Source: an uncultured bacterium
GTDB taxonomy: Bacteria; Oederibacteriota; PGYV01; CAWJRG01
DNA length: 64,000 nucleotides
NCBI GenBank assembly: GCA_963845185.1
Contig: CAWJRG010000010.1
Span: 256,001 to 320,000 of the forward strand
Direction of reading: 5' to 3'
The translations under genes were made by a program, and so were the position numbers. This document shows positions 28,185-39,500 of the stretch, one piece after another (position 1 is the first letter of the stretch; each line of letters begins with the position of its first letter). Below the pieces are notes generated by a model, which saw nothing but the letters and a program-made list of their open reading frames with translations, was not told where the DNA came from and made no database searches.

Positions 28185-30203
28185 ATGATATTGACTGATA
28201 TTTCTTTGGTTAAAAAATACTTAAATAAACTTCTGCATTTTACTCTTTATACGATTTTTTTTATCGTTCCAATTTCTTTCTGGCTCTCAGCTCATGAAAG
28301 TTTCGAAACGCCCAAAAGCATCAATTTTTATGTCCTGCTTGTTTTATCCGTAGTTCTGTTTATTATCCAGCAGGCCTTAAACAAAAATTTATGCCTTAAA
28401 TGGACTACCTTTTCCGTTCCGGTTATTCTATTGCTGCTTGTCTTTTTTGCCTCGTTGATGAAAAGCATTGCCATAAACAAATATGCTTTCCCGCTTCACT
28501 GGCAGTTTTTTAAGCTTATACTTGGAAATGTTATACTTTACTTTCTTATTATAAACATCTTTTCAAAAAACGACATTTTAAAATTGATTTTTTTCGTGCT
28601 TCTATCCCATTTTGTGGTTGTTGTTTACGGTGTGCTGCAGTATTTAGGCGTTGATTTTATACACTGGGTTTCTTTCGGCGAAGGGCGGGTTTACTCGACC
28701 ATGGGCAACCCCGATTATATGGCAACCCAGTTCAGCGACCTTATCCCGCTGCTCATAATACTCTCGCTTGCCGATATAAGGCGCGTATACAAATTCATTA
28801 TTTCCCTTTTCCTCGCCATGATGTTTTTCCTTGTCCTGGTGTCTCACGGCCGTGGCGCCTGGATTGGTTTTCTGGGTTCCCTTTTTTACATGCTTGTCAT
28901 GTTTGCTATGTTTTACGGTAAAATTTTCTTCCAAAAATACAGGTTTTTCTTTACGGGCATAATCGCGTTTGTTATCTTCCTGGTATGTATTTTTTCCTTC
29001 CCAAACCCTTTGAATAAAAACGCAAATACCGTTTTTGAAAGGCTGAAAAACGGGTTTAGCCTTACAAGCGATGCCGTAGCCGTGAGGCTTTTATACTATG
29101 AATCCGCCTTGCAGATGGTAAAATACAACCCTTTATTCGGCGTCGGCGTTGGGGGTTTTTCCCTGAACACGGCTTATTACCAGAAAAAAGTTTATGACAG
29201 GTGGCTCAGGGTTTATCCGCCGCTTGCGGACAAAATCCAGCCCCATGTTGAATTATATACCCACAATGATTTTCTTCAGACAATGTCTGAAATCGGGCTT
29301 GTAGGTTTTGGGGTTTTTCTGTGGCTTTTTGTCTGTTTATTTGTTCTCGCAATTTCAAAATTATCAAAAGAGGAACAACCGCTTTATAAAAACATACTTC
29401 TCGGCATAACGGCGTCGGCAATAGCTTTTTTGTTGAACGGATTGCTTAATTTCCCCTGGCGCGTCGTGCCTACTCTCGTTCTTTTGTGGACAGTATTTGG
29501 CTTTTTCTCTCTCGTTGAAAATAAAAAAATATTAAGAATCAATTTTAACATCAATATAAAATGGCTCGCTCCGCTGCTCGCGGTCCTGCTTTTGTTCGTT
29601 TCGGCGCTGCAGGTAAAAGCTTTATACGCGGATATTTGCATCAAATACGGCCAGGCATCTTTTGCCGCAGGCAAATACGAGGAAGCAAGAGTCACCTTTG
29701 AAAAAGCCCTTGCCAGTAACCCGCGCGGCACCGATATAATCGAACTTGTGCTTTATACCGGTAACGCGTATAACGCCTTAAAAAACATCAACAAAGCTTT
29801 GTATTATTATAAGGAAGGGCTTGCTATGTTCCCCAATTTCATAGAGTCTCATTATAATATAGCCAACGTATACATGAATAACTCCATGACCGACGACGCC
29901 ATAAGGGAATATAATATTGTGTTGTCCTTAAACCCGAAATTCACTGCTGCCATAAACAACCTTGCCAATATCTATTACGCAAAAAAAGATTACGCAAGGG
30001 CCCGTGACCTGTACCTGGACTCAATTAAATATAACCCGAACGGCGTTGAGTCACTCTACAACCTCGGCGCTGTATATTTCATGTTGAAACAATACCCCCA
30101 GGCTGCCCTGGAGTTTCAAAAAGTGCTTGAGATAGACCCGAATTATCAGCTTGCAAAAGACTGGCTGCAAAAAATGAAATCATTCGGCCTGGTAAAGCCA
30201 TAG
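28185..30203 (+). CDS. O-antigen ligase (Wzy_C) family protein with C-terminal TPRs
   Basis: RVYSTMGNPDY, GRGAWIG, PLFGVGVG, HNDFLQTMSEIG, then TPRs. Only confidently called plus-strand gene. Confidence 0.88.
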   Translation: MILTDISLVKKYLNKLLHFTLYTIFFIVPISFWLSAHESFETPKSINFYVLLVLSVVLFIIQQALNKNLCLKWTTFSVPVILLLLVFFASLMKSIAINKYAFPLHWQFFKLILGNVILYFLIINIFSKNDILKLIFFVLLSHFVVVVYGVLQYLGVDFIHWVSFGEGRVYSTMGNPDYMATQFSDLIPLLIILSLADIRRVYKFIISLFLAMMFFLVLVSHGRGAWIGFLGSLFYMLVMFAMFYGKIFFQKYRFFFTGIIAFVIFLVCIFSFPNPLNKNANTVFERLKNGFSLTSDAVAVRLLYYESALQMVKYNPLFGVGVGGFSLNTAYYQKKVYDRWLRVYPPLADKIQPHVELYTHNDFLQTMSEIGLVGFGVFLWLFVCLFVLAISKLSKEEQPLYKNILLGITASAIAFLLNGLLNFPWRVVPTLVLLWTVFGFFSLVENKKILRINFNINIKWLAPLLAVLLLFVSALQVKALYADICIKYGQASFAAGKYEEARVTFEKALASNPRGTDIIELVLYTGNAYNALKNINKALYYYKEGLAMFPNFIESHYNIANVYMNNSMTDDAIREYNIVLSLNPKFTAAINNLANIYYAKKDYARARDLYLDSIKYNPNGVESLYNLGAVYFMLKQYPQAALEFQKVLEIDPNYQLAKDWLQKMKSFGLVKP

Positions 30204-30209
30204 TCTCTA

Positions 30210-30668
30210 TTATTTTTCATCCATAAATTCCCTTAATTTTTTCATTATTTTATCGTAATGAGTCCCGTGCCAGAATACTCTGCCGCAGTTTTCACATATA
30301 TAAAACTCGTTCATTATCGAAAAAACACGTTCGGGTACTTTTTCCTTTATTGATTCTTTCGGTATTTTTACGAGGGGTTTGTTGCATTCGACACACAGGG
30401 TAAAAGCGTTTTTATAATCCAGTTTAAAATCCTTCACTGCCTTTTTAATCTGCCCGTTCAAATTATTTTCCGTAAGAAAATAGATTCTGGTATCCGGGCT
30501 TTTTATTTTGCTGTCTTTTGTTATTATAACTCTCTGTTCGGAAACGGCCAGGGGTATTAGTTTTTCCCTCTCATTATGCTTTACATATACGGTATCATAC
30601 CCTGCCACGCGCAGGAACTTTGCCAGCTTTCCGAACATGTTGTCCAAAATGAATTTCATTTTTCCCAT
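30210..30668 (-). CDS. Mut7-C RNase domain protein (PIN-like plus Zn ribbon)
   Basis: FILDNMFGKLAKFLRVAGYD, CVECN, CENCGRVFWHGTHY. Confidence 0.9.
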   Translation of the reverse strand: MGKMKFILDNMFGKLAKFLRVAGYDTVYVKHNEREKLIPLAVSEQRVIITKDSKIKSPDTRIYFLTENNLNGQIKKAVKDFKLDYKNAFTLCVECNKPLVKIPKESIKEKVPERVFSIMNEFYICENCGRVFWHGTHYDKIMKKLREFMDEK

Positions 30669-30740
30669 TTTTAGTCTATATATCCTGTATCCTTATCCCT
30701 ACCCCCATCTTTTCTTGTTTTTCCCCTCGCCCCTTATTTA

Positions 30741-32048
30741 TTATCCTCCGTAATTAATAGCCTCTGTTATTATTTCCGAATAAGACGGGTGTATGTGAAC
30801 AGCGTCTTTTATGTCTTCTGTTTTCATTCTATTTTTTACTATTACTGACAGCTCGTTCATAATATCCGCTATTTCCTCGCCTACAGCAGCCGCGCCGAGT
30901 ATCTGCCCGGTCGTTTTGTCGGCTATGAGCTTTAAAAACCCGCTGTCTTTGCCTTCCATTACAGCCTTGCCTATTGCCTTGAAAAAGTATTTGTAAATTT
31001 TGCAGTCCAAATTTTTTTCTTTGGCTTCTTTTTCGTTAAGCCCTATGCTCCCGAGCGCCGGGCTTGAAAAAACAAGCTTGGGAATCACTTTGTAATCAAT
31101 ATTGCCCTCTTTGCCTTCGGCTATATGCATGATTGCGGTTTCAGCTTCTTTATAAGCTGTGTATGCGAGCATGGGCGTTTCTATGCAGTCGCCCACAGCG
31201 TAAATATTCGGTATATTCGTCCGCATATTGTTGTTTACTTCAATAAACATGTTTTTCTTTAGTTTCACGCCTGCCTTGCCAAGTCCAATGGTTTCGGTGT
31301 TTGGCTTCCTGCCTGTTGCCTCAAAAATCATATCGTATTTTTCCATGCTGTCGCCTTCAGGCGTTTTAATTACTGCCGTGTTATCGCCCGTGATTTCTTT
31401 TACTTTGCTTTTTTCAAGTAGTTTTATGTTTTTCTTTTTGAATTCCCTGGACAGCGTCCTCACAGCCTCTTCGTCCTCGCCAAAAAGTATAGTGTCGAGT
31501 ATTTCAGCTATCGTGACGTCAACGCCCAAATTGCTGAGGAAAGATGCGTATTCGCACCCTATAACCCCGCCTCCTATTATAAGGGTTTTTTTCGGTACTT
31601 TTTCCAGGTCAAATATTTTTTCCGAGGAAAAAACTTCCGGCATGTTAAACAGCCTTTTAGACGATGACCCTGAAGCAATAATAAAATATTTTGCCCTGAT
31701 TGTCCTGTTCCCGGCCATAATCTCGCTGCTTGATATGAATTTAGCATCTGCGTTTATTATTTCTATTTTATGGGTCTCGAGCCTTGCCTTTAATCCCGCC
31801 TGCAAAAATTTTGTTTTTTGCATTACATCATTTTTTATTTTAAAATAGTCCTTTGTAAGTAAAGAATAATGCAAAAGGCCTTTTAAGGGTATGCACCCCT
31901 CGTTCAGGCAGACGCCGCCGAGTTTACCGGCATCCTTTTCAAAAATAGCTATTTTGTATTTATGCTTCACAGCCTCAAGCGCGGCAGTGTAACCTGCCGG
32001 CCCTGAACCGATAATTGCTATATCGTAATCTACTTCAGGTTGTTTCAT
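30741..32048 (-). CDS. lpdA: Dihydrolipoyl dehydrogenase
   Basis: GSGPAGY, GGVCLNEGCIP, GGGVIGCE, HIHPSYSE. Confidence 0.88.
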   Translation of the reverse strand: MKQPEVDYDIAIIGSGPAGYTAALEAVKHKYKIAIFEKDAGKLGGVCLNEGCIPLKGLLHYSLLTKDYFKIKNDVMQKTKFLQAGLKARLETHKIEIINADAKFISSSEIMAGNRTIRAKYFIIASGSSSKRLFNMPEVFSSEKIFDLEKVPKKTLIIGGGVIGCEYASFLSNLGVDVTIAEILDTILFGEDEEAVRTLSREFKKKNIKLLEKSKVKEITGDNTAVIKTPEGDSMEKYDMIFEATGRKPNTETIGLGKAGVKLKKNMFIEVNNNMRTNIPNIYAVGDCIETPMLAYTAYKEAETAIMHIAEGKEGNIDYKVIPKLVFSSPALGSIGLNEKEAKEKNLDCKIYKYFFKAIGKAVMEGKDSGFLKLIADKTTGQILGAAAVGEEIADIMNELSVIVKNRMKTEDIKDAVHIHPSYSEIITEAINYGG

Positions 32049-33013
32049 TTAAACACGTCCTTTATGTATATTAAATCATCCTGCGTCAGGGGCTTATCCG
32101 CGGCAGTTAAGTTTGTTTCCACCTGTTTTTTGTTCCTGAAGCCCGGTATTACGCATCCCACGGTATCATAACTTAAAACATACTGCAGGGCAACCCTTGA
32201 CAAATCCTTTATTTCGCTTCCGAACCTTTTTTTCAGCTTCTCGACTTTTGGTTCTAGCTTTGATATTTCTTCGGTTGTAAAGCGCTGGTCTCCTTTTCTG
32301 TGGTCTCCCTCTTCGAATTTCGGCGGATTTTTTGACGTATATTTCCCGAGAAGCAGCCCCTGCGCAAGAGGGCTGAAGGCAACAAACGACATTTTCCTTT
32401 CTTTTAAAAGCTTATTTACCGGCGTGTTTTCCCTGACAAACTGGTCGTCTGTGATATTTGCCCAGCTTTGCAGCACATCAGGCTTTATGGATGGTGAAAG
32501 CTTTAAGAAATCGTTGCTTGAATAGGATGAAAGCCCGATAAAACGTATTTTGCCCTGCTGTTTCAGCTTGTACATTGCCTCAACCGCGCCGTTTAAATAT
32601 TCGTCTTTTTCACCGAAATTTCCGTGGTGAAAATAATAAAGGTCGATAAAATCCCGTTTTAAATTTACAAGCGACTGCTCGCACTGGTGAATTATATGCT
32701 GCGGCTCATAGGCATTCAATGCCGTCCCGGGAAACCAGCCGACTTTTGTTGCTATTATGACTTTTTTATTTTTGTCGCCCAATGCCTTTGCGAGCATGCG
32801 CTCTGCCCTGCCGTTGCCGTAAACATCAGCGTTGTCAAAGTGATTAACGCCTTTTTCAATGCCGTAATTTATGGCGTCAATGGCGTCTTTTTCATCCACG
32901 TTTGCCCAGCCATTCGGCTCGCCGTTTACCCAGTTCAGCCCGCCAAGCGTCCAGCATCCAAGCGAAATCTCCGAGACTTCCAGATCCGTTGTTCCAAGTT
33001 TCCTGTATTTCAT
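32045..33013 (-). CDS. Aldo/keto reductase
   Basis: SEISLGCW, FDNADVYG, IATKVG, IDLYYFH, SPLAQGLL. Confidence 0.92.
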   Translation of the reverse strand: MKYRKLGTTDLEVSEISLGCWTLGGLNWVNGEPNGWANVDEKDAIDAINYGIEKGVNHFDNADVYGNGRAERMLAKALGDKNKKVIIATKVGWFPGTALNAYEPQHIIHQCEQSLVNLKRDFIDLYYFHHGNFGEKDEYLNGAVEAMYKLKQQGKIRFIGLSSYSSNDFLKLSPSIKPDVLQSWANITDDQFVRENTPVNKLLKERKMSFVAFSPLAQGLLLGKYTSKNPPKFEEGDHRKGDQRFTTEEISKLEPKVEKLKKRFGSEIKDLSRVALQYVLSYDTVGCVIPGFRNKKQVETNLTAADKPLTQDDLIYIKDVFK

Positions 33014-33112
33014 ATATCCTGCCTCCTAATTATATCGTTTATTTTCCAGCTCTGAGTTTGTAAAGGACAAATGCTGCTTGGATAATGTTTTCCTTGAAAC
33101 ATTATAACATTA

Positions 33113-33192
33113 AAACCCCTATTATCCCCCTTTATTAAAGGGGGATGCAATGCACTTCCCTCCCCCTTAACAAGGGGGAGTTGGAGAGGGTT
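33113..33192. repeat. Composite palindromic miniature repeat (CCCCCTT..AAGGGGG twice)
   Basis: AAACCCCT..TCCCCCTTTATTAAAGGGGGA..CTCCCCCTTAACAAGGGGGAG..AGGGTT downstream of typA. Confidence 0.6.
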
Positions 33193-33218
33193 TGCCCTTG
33201 CTTCCTGCTTACCATAGT

Positions 33219-35051
33219 CTAATTCTCTTCTTCTTCCTCTTTTGCTTTTGCGTTATGGGCGCGCTTGCGAACTGTCGGGTCCAGTATTTTTTTGCGCATC
33301 CTTATATTTTGCGGCGTTATCTCTAGCAGTTCGTCGTCGGCTATATATTCCATTGCCTGCTCCAGGCTGAATTTCCTGGGCGGCTCGAGATTTATGGCCT
33401 CATCCGAACCGGACGCCCGCATGTTTGTAAGCTTCTTTTCCCTGCACACGTTTATTATCATATCCTTGTCCCTGCTGTTCTCTCCTGCTATCATGCCAGG
33501 ATACACTTCGTCCCCGGGCTTTATGAAAAAAGCTCCTCTGTCTTGCAGTTTATCTAGCGCGTAAGCAACAGTTATGCCTTTTTCCATCACAATCAGCACC
33601 CCGCGGTTCCTTGTAGGCACCTCGCCTTTATATGGCCCGTATTCGTGAAAACTGTGGTTAAGTATGCCTGTGCCGCGTGTTTCAGTGATGAATTCATTGC
33701 GGAATCCGAGCAGCCCCCGTGTCGGCACATAAAATTCAAGCCTTGTGTAGCCGTCGCTCCCCGGCACCATATTTATCATCTCGCCTTTTCTTATTCCCAT
33801 TTTTTCTATCACAGTGCCCACATGCTCGGCAGGCACGTCCATAATTGCGTGTTCTATTGGCTCCATTTTTTCATTGTTTATTTCCTTGTAAATTACCTGC
33901 GGCTTTGATACCTGTAGCTCGTATCCTTCGCGCCTCATATTTTCTATGAGTATGGCAAGTTGCAGTTCGCCCCTGCCCTTGACAGTAAATGCCTCGGTCG
34001 AGTCTGTTTTTTCAACAACTATGCTCACGTTTGTCTGGAGTTCTTTTTGCAGCCTTTCCCCCAGATGCCGTGATGTTACAAACTTTCCCTCTCGTCCCGC
34101 AAAAGGCGAATTATTCACCATAAAAGTCATTGACATGGTCGGCTTGTCAATGTCAATAGTTGGAAGCGCCTCAGGGAATTCTTTGCTCGCCACAGTATCT
34201 CCCACGTCAATTATTTCCAGCCCTGCCAGCGATACAATATCGCCTGCAAAAGCTTCTTTTACTTCAACTTTCGCGAGCCCCTCAAAAGCCATTATCTTTG
34301 TTACGCGGTAAAGGATTTTCTGGCCGTCAGCCTTTATCAAATACACTTCCTCGCCTTGAGATACTTTCCCGTTGTATATTTTGCCTGTGCCCATTTTCCC
34401 GACATAGTTGTCGTAACCAATTGCTGATGTCAGGAACTGAAACGGCTTGTTGGGGTCGCCTGTTGTATCCTCGACGTGGCGTATTATCATGTCAAAAAGC
34501 GGCTTCATGCTGTCGCTTTTGTCTTTCATGTGGTCCTTTGCTATACCGTCTTTCGCGGACGCGTAAATCACCGGAAAATCCAGCTGGTCATCCGCAGCGT
34601 TCAGTTCCACAAAAAGGTCAAATATCATATTGAGTACTTCAGTGGACCTTTCATTTGGCCTGTCTATTTTATTTATAACAACTATGGGCATAAGCCCTGC
34701 TTCCAGGGATTTTTTCAGAACATATTTTGTCTGCGGCATGGGCCCCTCGAAAGCGTCAACCACCAGCAGCACCGAGTCCACCATTTTAAGTATCCTCTGC
34801 ACTTCCCCACCAAAATCCGCGTGTCCGGGCGTATCGACTATGTTTATTTTATATCCCCCGTAATGAAAAGCCGCGTTTTTTGAGAATATGGTTATCCCGC
34901 GCTCTTTTTCGATATCGTTCGAATCCATTACGCGCTCCACAAGTGTCTGATATTCTTTAAACACTCCCGCCTGCCTTAACATGCAGTCGACAAGCGTGGT
35001 TTTGCCGTGGTCAACATGCGCCACTATGGCTATATTCTTGATTTTGCTCAT
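33219..35051 (-). CDS. typA: Translational GTPase TypA/BipA
   Basis: NIAIVAHVDHGKTTLVD, DTPGHADFGGEV, GRGELQL, KKLTNMRASG. Start at MSKIK. Confidence 0.97.
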   Translation of the reverse strand: MSKIKNIAIVAHVDHGKTTLVDCMLRQAGVFKEYQTLVERVMDSNDIEKERGITIFSKNAAFHYGGYKINIVDTPGHADFGGEVQRILKMVDSVLLVVDAFEGPMPQTKYVLKKSLEAGLMPIVVINKIDRPNERSTEVLNMIFDLFVELNAADDQLDFPVIYASAKDGIAKDHMKDKSDSMKPLFDMIIRHVEDTTGDPNKPFQFLTSAIGYDNYVGKMGTGKIYNGKVSQGEEVYLIKADGQKILYRVTKIMAFEGLAKVEVKEAFAGDIVSLAGLEIIDVGDTVASKEFPEALPTIDIDKPTMSMTFMVNNSPFAGREGKFVTSRHLGERLQKELQTNVSIVVEKTDSTEAFTVKGRGELQLAILIENMRREGYELQVSKPQVIYKEINNEKMEPIEHAIMDVPAEHVGTVIEKMGIRKGEMINMVPGSDGYTRLEFYVPTRGLLGFRNEFITETRGTGILNHSFHEYGPYKGEVPTRNRGVLIVMEKGITVAYALDKLQDRGAFFIKPGDEVYPGMIAGENSRDKDMIINVCREKKLTNMRASGSDEAINLEPPRKFSLEQAMEYIADDELLEITPQNIRMRKKILDPTVRKRAHNAKAKEEEEEN

Positions 35052-35307
35052 AAAATAGAATAATCTCACTTTCAATTAGAATTTTAAGCCGGATTTCCTT
35101 TTGAGTTTTGCAGGAAAACGCTGAAATGCCTACGAAGGAGCCTCCTCTTAATATGTAATAATATGCTCCCTCCCCGAAGCGCTATCATACCCCGACTCTA
35201 CCAAGCGGGGTTTTTCGCGTAGCGGGATTAATATATAAAGAGTATAGCAGTTAGAACTGTCTAAATCAAGCAATTTGCTTATTTGGTTCAGGACTTTATT
35301 AAAAATA

Positions 35308-35880
35308 TTATGCTGTCTTTTTGATTATCCACGCCATGTTTTTACCCAAGTTTCTGAAGTTCCTTATGCCTTCCTCGTCGTTCATTATATCGCCTGGGTT
35401 GCGGGAAAGAGTCATGTTCCAGTAAGTTGAGCCGGGTATTACCATCTGCATTATTCCAAAGAAAAAGTTTATGGCGGCGTATGTAAAATTCGAACCTGCG
35501 CGCCGCACGCTTACTACAGCAGCGCCGGTCTTGCGTATAAACATACCGTCATTTGCCATGGAAACATAACCGCAGCGCTCTATGAGCGCCTTGATATTGG
35601 CAGTGACATTGCCGAAATAAACAGGCGAGCCGATTATGACGCCGTCTGCCTCTGCCATCTTGGCTATGAGCCCGTTCATGCCGTCGTCGGCAGCGCCGCA
35701 TTTTTTGTCCTTGTTCTGCCTGCATTTCAGGCAGGCAATGCAGCCGGAAAGTTTTTTTGTCCCGATATTAATAAGCTCGGTCTGTATGCCTTCCTTTTCA
35801 AGCTCCTCAAAAACAAACTTTATTGCCTGCTGCGTGTTGCCGTTTGCCCGCGGGCTGCCGTTAAAAGCAACTACTTTCAT
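35308..35880 (-). CDS. Flavodoxin family iron-sulfur flavoprotein
   Basis: FNGSPRANGNT, CIACLKC....KKC, GSPVYFG. Confidence 0.9.
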   Translation of the reverse strand: MKVVAFNGSPRANGNTQQAIKFVFEELEKEGIQTELINIGTKKLSGCIACLKCRQNKDKKCGAADDGMNGLIAKMAEADGVIIGSPVYFGNVTANIKALIERCGYVSMANDGMFIRKTGAAVVSVRRAGSNFTYAAINFFFGIMQMVIPGSTYWNMTLSRNPGDIMNDEEGIRNFRNLGKNMAWIIKKTA

Positions 35881-35968
35881 AAAATACCTCCTATGATCTT
35901 CCGAATTATTTTTTTAAGCACCTTTTATAGATTTATACAATAACTTGAGATTTTTGACAATATGGAAG

Positions 35969-36517
35969 TTAGTTATTTATCGCAAACCAGTATTCGGCCA
36001 GTTGTCTCTCGATTTTTTCATAGTCCCTGAAATACTTCTTAATATCCCAAAAAAATTCCCTGTTATGCCTTCTGTGCCTGAAATGGTTCAGCTCGTGGCA
36101 GACAATATAGTCTATCAGCCTCTCCGGCAGCTTTGACAGCGCGCAGTTTATTGTGATATTGCCCCTGCTGCTCCAGCTTCCCCATTTCGACCGCATGTTC
36201 TTGAAAAAAACTCTTGACGCCTTAACGCCCATTCTTTGTTCGTTTTTTAGGATGGATTTTTTTACTATCCTCTTAAATTCATTCATCGTCCTGATTATTG
36301 GCACCAGTCCAGCCGCATTCTGCTTTATCGCCTGTATCTCGTTTATTTTCCTGTAAATCCAGTTTTTATGTTTCTGTATTATCCTCTTTTCGTCCATATG
36401 CCTTCTCGGCGCTATCAGGACAAGCCTGCCTGTTTTAAGCTCTATCCTTGCGTGCTTTACGTCCCTGCGTTCGACCCGGTACGTTACATCCAGGTCATTT
36501 ATCCGTATTTTTTCCAT
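35969..36517 (-). CDS. YgjP/DUF45 (M48-like) metal-dependent hydrolase linked to Type I RM
   Basis: MRSKWGSWS, YIVCHELNH..H...F; overlaps the hsdR end. Confidence 0.88.
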   Translation of the reverse strand: MEKIRINDLDVTYRVERRDVKHARIELKTGRLVLIAPRRHMDEKRIIQKHKNWIYRKINEIQAIKQNAAGLVPIIRTMNEFKRIVKKSILKNEQRMGVKASRVFFKNMRSKWGSWSSRGNITINCALSKLPERLIDYIVCHELNHFRHRRHNREFFWDIKKYFRDYEKIERQLAEYWFAINN

Positions 36518-39500
36518 AATCCTGCGCCCCTATAATATCGGAAACTATGCTGCCTGATATCCTGTCCAGCTCATCCGGGTTATATCCCTTTTTCCTGAAT
36601 ATTCTCCTGATGATTTGCGTGACTGCCTTGCCTATTTCGGGGTTGGATATGTACTCGAGCATGTACTCGCCCTCCTCCCTGATTTTTTCCTTCACCTGTT
36701 TCATGCATTCCACGGCGTCCCCATCGCTCAGTTTTTCCTTTTTCAGCCGCAGGAACATGACATACTCTATATTGTCCAGCCCCAGCTCTTTTTGTTTGTT
36801 TTCCACTGCTTCTTTATCGTCGAATATGGCGTTCCCGGCTTTTATTATTTCCATGTAGGTTTTCACATTGCTCTGCCATTCCTGTATGAGCCGCATTACC
36901 CTGTCGGCCAGCTCCTCATAAATAGGGTTCTTTGCCTTGTCTACCAGTACATACTTTCGCAGGGCAAATATTATGCTCGCCGCCTTTTCTTCTGTCGGGT
37001 CCGCTTTCGCGAGCAGTTGCCTCATCCTTGCCTCGTCATACCGTATGCCCGGAAGCTCTTTTAAGCCTTTTATCTCCGTGCCCTTGTAAATATTTTCCAG
37101 CGTCCTCTTGAAATACTTGCGTATATAATAATCTTTTTCCGGCTCGTCGAAGTTTTTCTTGTAGTAATAATAAAACGCGGTCAGCCATTTATATTCCTTT
37201 AAGAATTTTATCTTGACTTCAGAGCTTCCGAGCAGCTCGTACAGCCGCCTTGCCTGCCTGTATTTCTCGTCGAATTCAGCCTGCCGCCTGTCTTCGGAAC
37301 TTATGAATTTCAGGATAGAAGTCAAGTGCTGGACATCATAATTCTCAAAATCAACTTTTCCTCTCTCCAGCAGCTTTTTTAATCCTTGTATTGTATCGGC
37401 AAACTTATCCGCCATTTTATCAAAGTCATACAATATGTTTTCCCTGTCTTTCTCCTCATACGCCTTAAAAGCCTTGTCTATGTCGTCGAGCACGCCCACA
37501 TAATCTATTACCAGCCCTGCTTCTTTTTCCTCATAGCGCCTGTTTGTGCGCGCTATCGCCTGTAAAAGCCTGTAATTTTTCAGGGCTTTGTGCAGGTATA
37601 CGGTCTGCAAAACAGGCGCGTCAAACCCTGTTATAAGCATTTCCGTTACTATCAAAATCTTCGGGCTTTTATCGGCGTTGTCCTTGAATTTGGGCGTTAT
37701 TTTCTTTTTGATTTCAGAAATATCTTTTTCATTATATTTTTCAGTTATCCTGCTGTACTGCGCGGCTATTTTTTGGTCTGCTTCCTTTTGACCCATTGAC
37801 ATGACTATTTCGGTTTCGTCTTCGTCAAAATACCTGTCCAGTTCTTCCTTGTACAGGCAGCATGCATGCCGGGACGCGGCTATCACGACTGCCTTGAATT
37901 TCCCGTCAAGGTTGGCTTTAAAATGCCCCGCGATATCTTTTGCTACTATCTTGATTATTTCAGGATTTTCAAGGACTACGTTTATTTTACTTAGGCGTTC
38001 CCTGACCCCTTTTTCCACGTCTTCTTTCATGGTCTCGTTTATTTCATCTATATCTTCCTGGTCGTAAAAGAACTTGATAAGGTCCCTGTCCACGTGCACT
38101 TCATCCGTCAATCTCGGCTGGTAGGCTATTTCAAGCGTGTACCCGTCCCTGACGGAATCTTCCATAAAATACCGGTCAAGGTAAAGTTTGTCGCCGTATT
38201 CAAATTCTTTATAAGTGTTCCTTTCCCTGTTTGCTATCGGCGTGCCTGTAAAAGCAAAAAGGTTTCCGCTTTTAAATATGCTTTTCATCTGCGCTGATAA
38301 AATCCCGTATTGCGACCTGTGCCCCTCGTCTATCAGGCAAATGACGTTTTTCCTGCCTGCTATGGTTGACTCGCTGCTGCCCGAGGCTTTTATTTCCTCT
38401 TCTATTGCCTTCATCTCGCTTTCAAAATCCCGTAGCTGGCCCGGATTAAACTTATGGATGAGCGTGACAAATACGCCCCTTTTGCCCCTGTATCCGTCGT
38501 GTTTCAGGATTTTCCGCAAATCCTCAATGGATGAAATCGGTTCAATGTCGGAGAACAAATCAAGATAACCGAACTCGTCGAATAACTGGGTCTCAAGCTC
38601 CTCCCTGTCCACAATAAAAAAAATGGACGGGTTTGCCGCTTCCCTCATCTGGAAAAGCTTATTCGCGGCAAATATCATGGTAAGCGTCTTTCCCGAACCC
38701 TGCCAGTGCCATATCAGGCCGCGGTCTTTTTCCTTTTTCCCGCTTATCCTGCCTGTCACCCTTTTTACAATCTTATCAGTTGCCCTGTACTGCATATAGC
38801 GGCATATTACTTTGGTTTTCCTGCCACGCTCTTCCCTGAAAAATAAATAATATTTTATAATATCGAGCAGCCTGGCAGGCTCAAGCATTTCAATTATGTC
38901 AAATAAATCTTTTGTATTCGTAGAGACAGGTTTCAAACCTGTCTCAGTTTTATCCTGTATTTCTTCAATGGATTTCCACTCGTACATCTGCGGCAATTCC
39001 CCGTTCCATGGGACTATCGGGAAATACTTTGACACGACATCAGCGCCGACTCCTATCTGGACATATTTGAATAATTCAGGTATTTTCTTTTCGTATGTTT
39101 TTATGTCTGTCACGGCGTCCAGCCAGCTCTTCCTCGCGCTTTCCGGACTTTTCAACTCTATGTTTACGAGCGGTATACCGTTGATATACAGCATTATGTC
39201 GCTCCGGATTTCCCTGTCTCCAGCCCTGTAAACCGGCTGGTTCGTGACAATATATTCATTGTTTTCAGTATTATTGAAATCAATGAAATTAAGGTCTTTT
39301 AATATTCTTTCTTTCTTATCCTCCACTCTTTGCCCGAATTTGATGTATTGCAGGGCATGTTTCATGCCTTGCTCGGTCGTAGGAAGCATTTTAAACTCAT
39401 GAATCTTGCGCGTGATTTCCTCAGGGCTGATGTTTGTGGATTTATTGATTCTTTCTATGGCGTTTTTAAGGCTGTTTTCCAGCAATACATCCCCAAGCGA

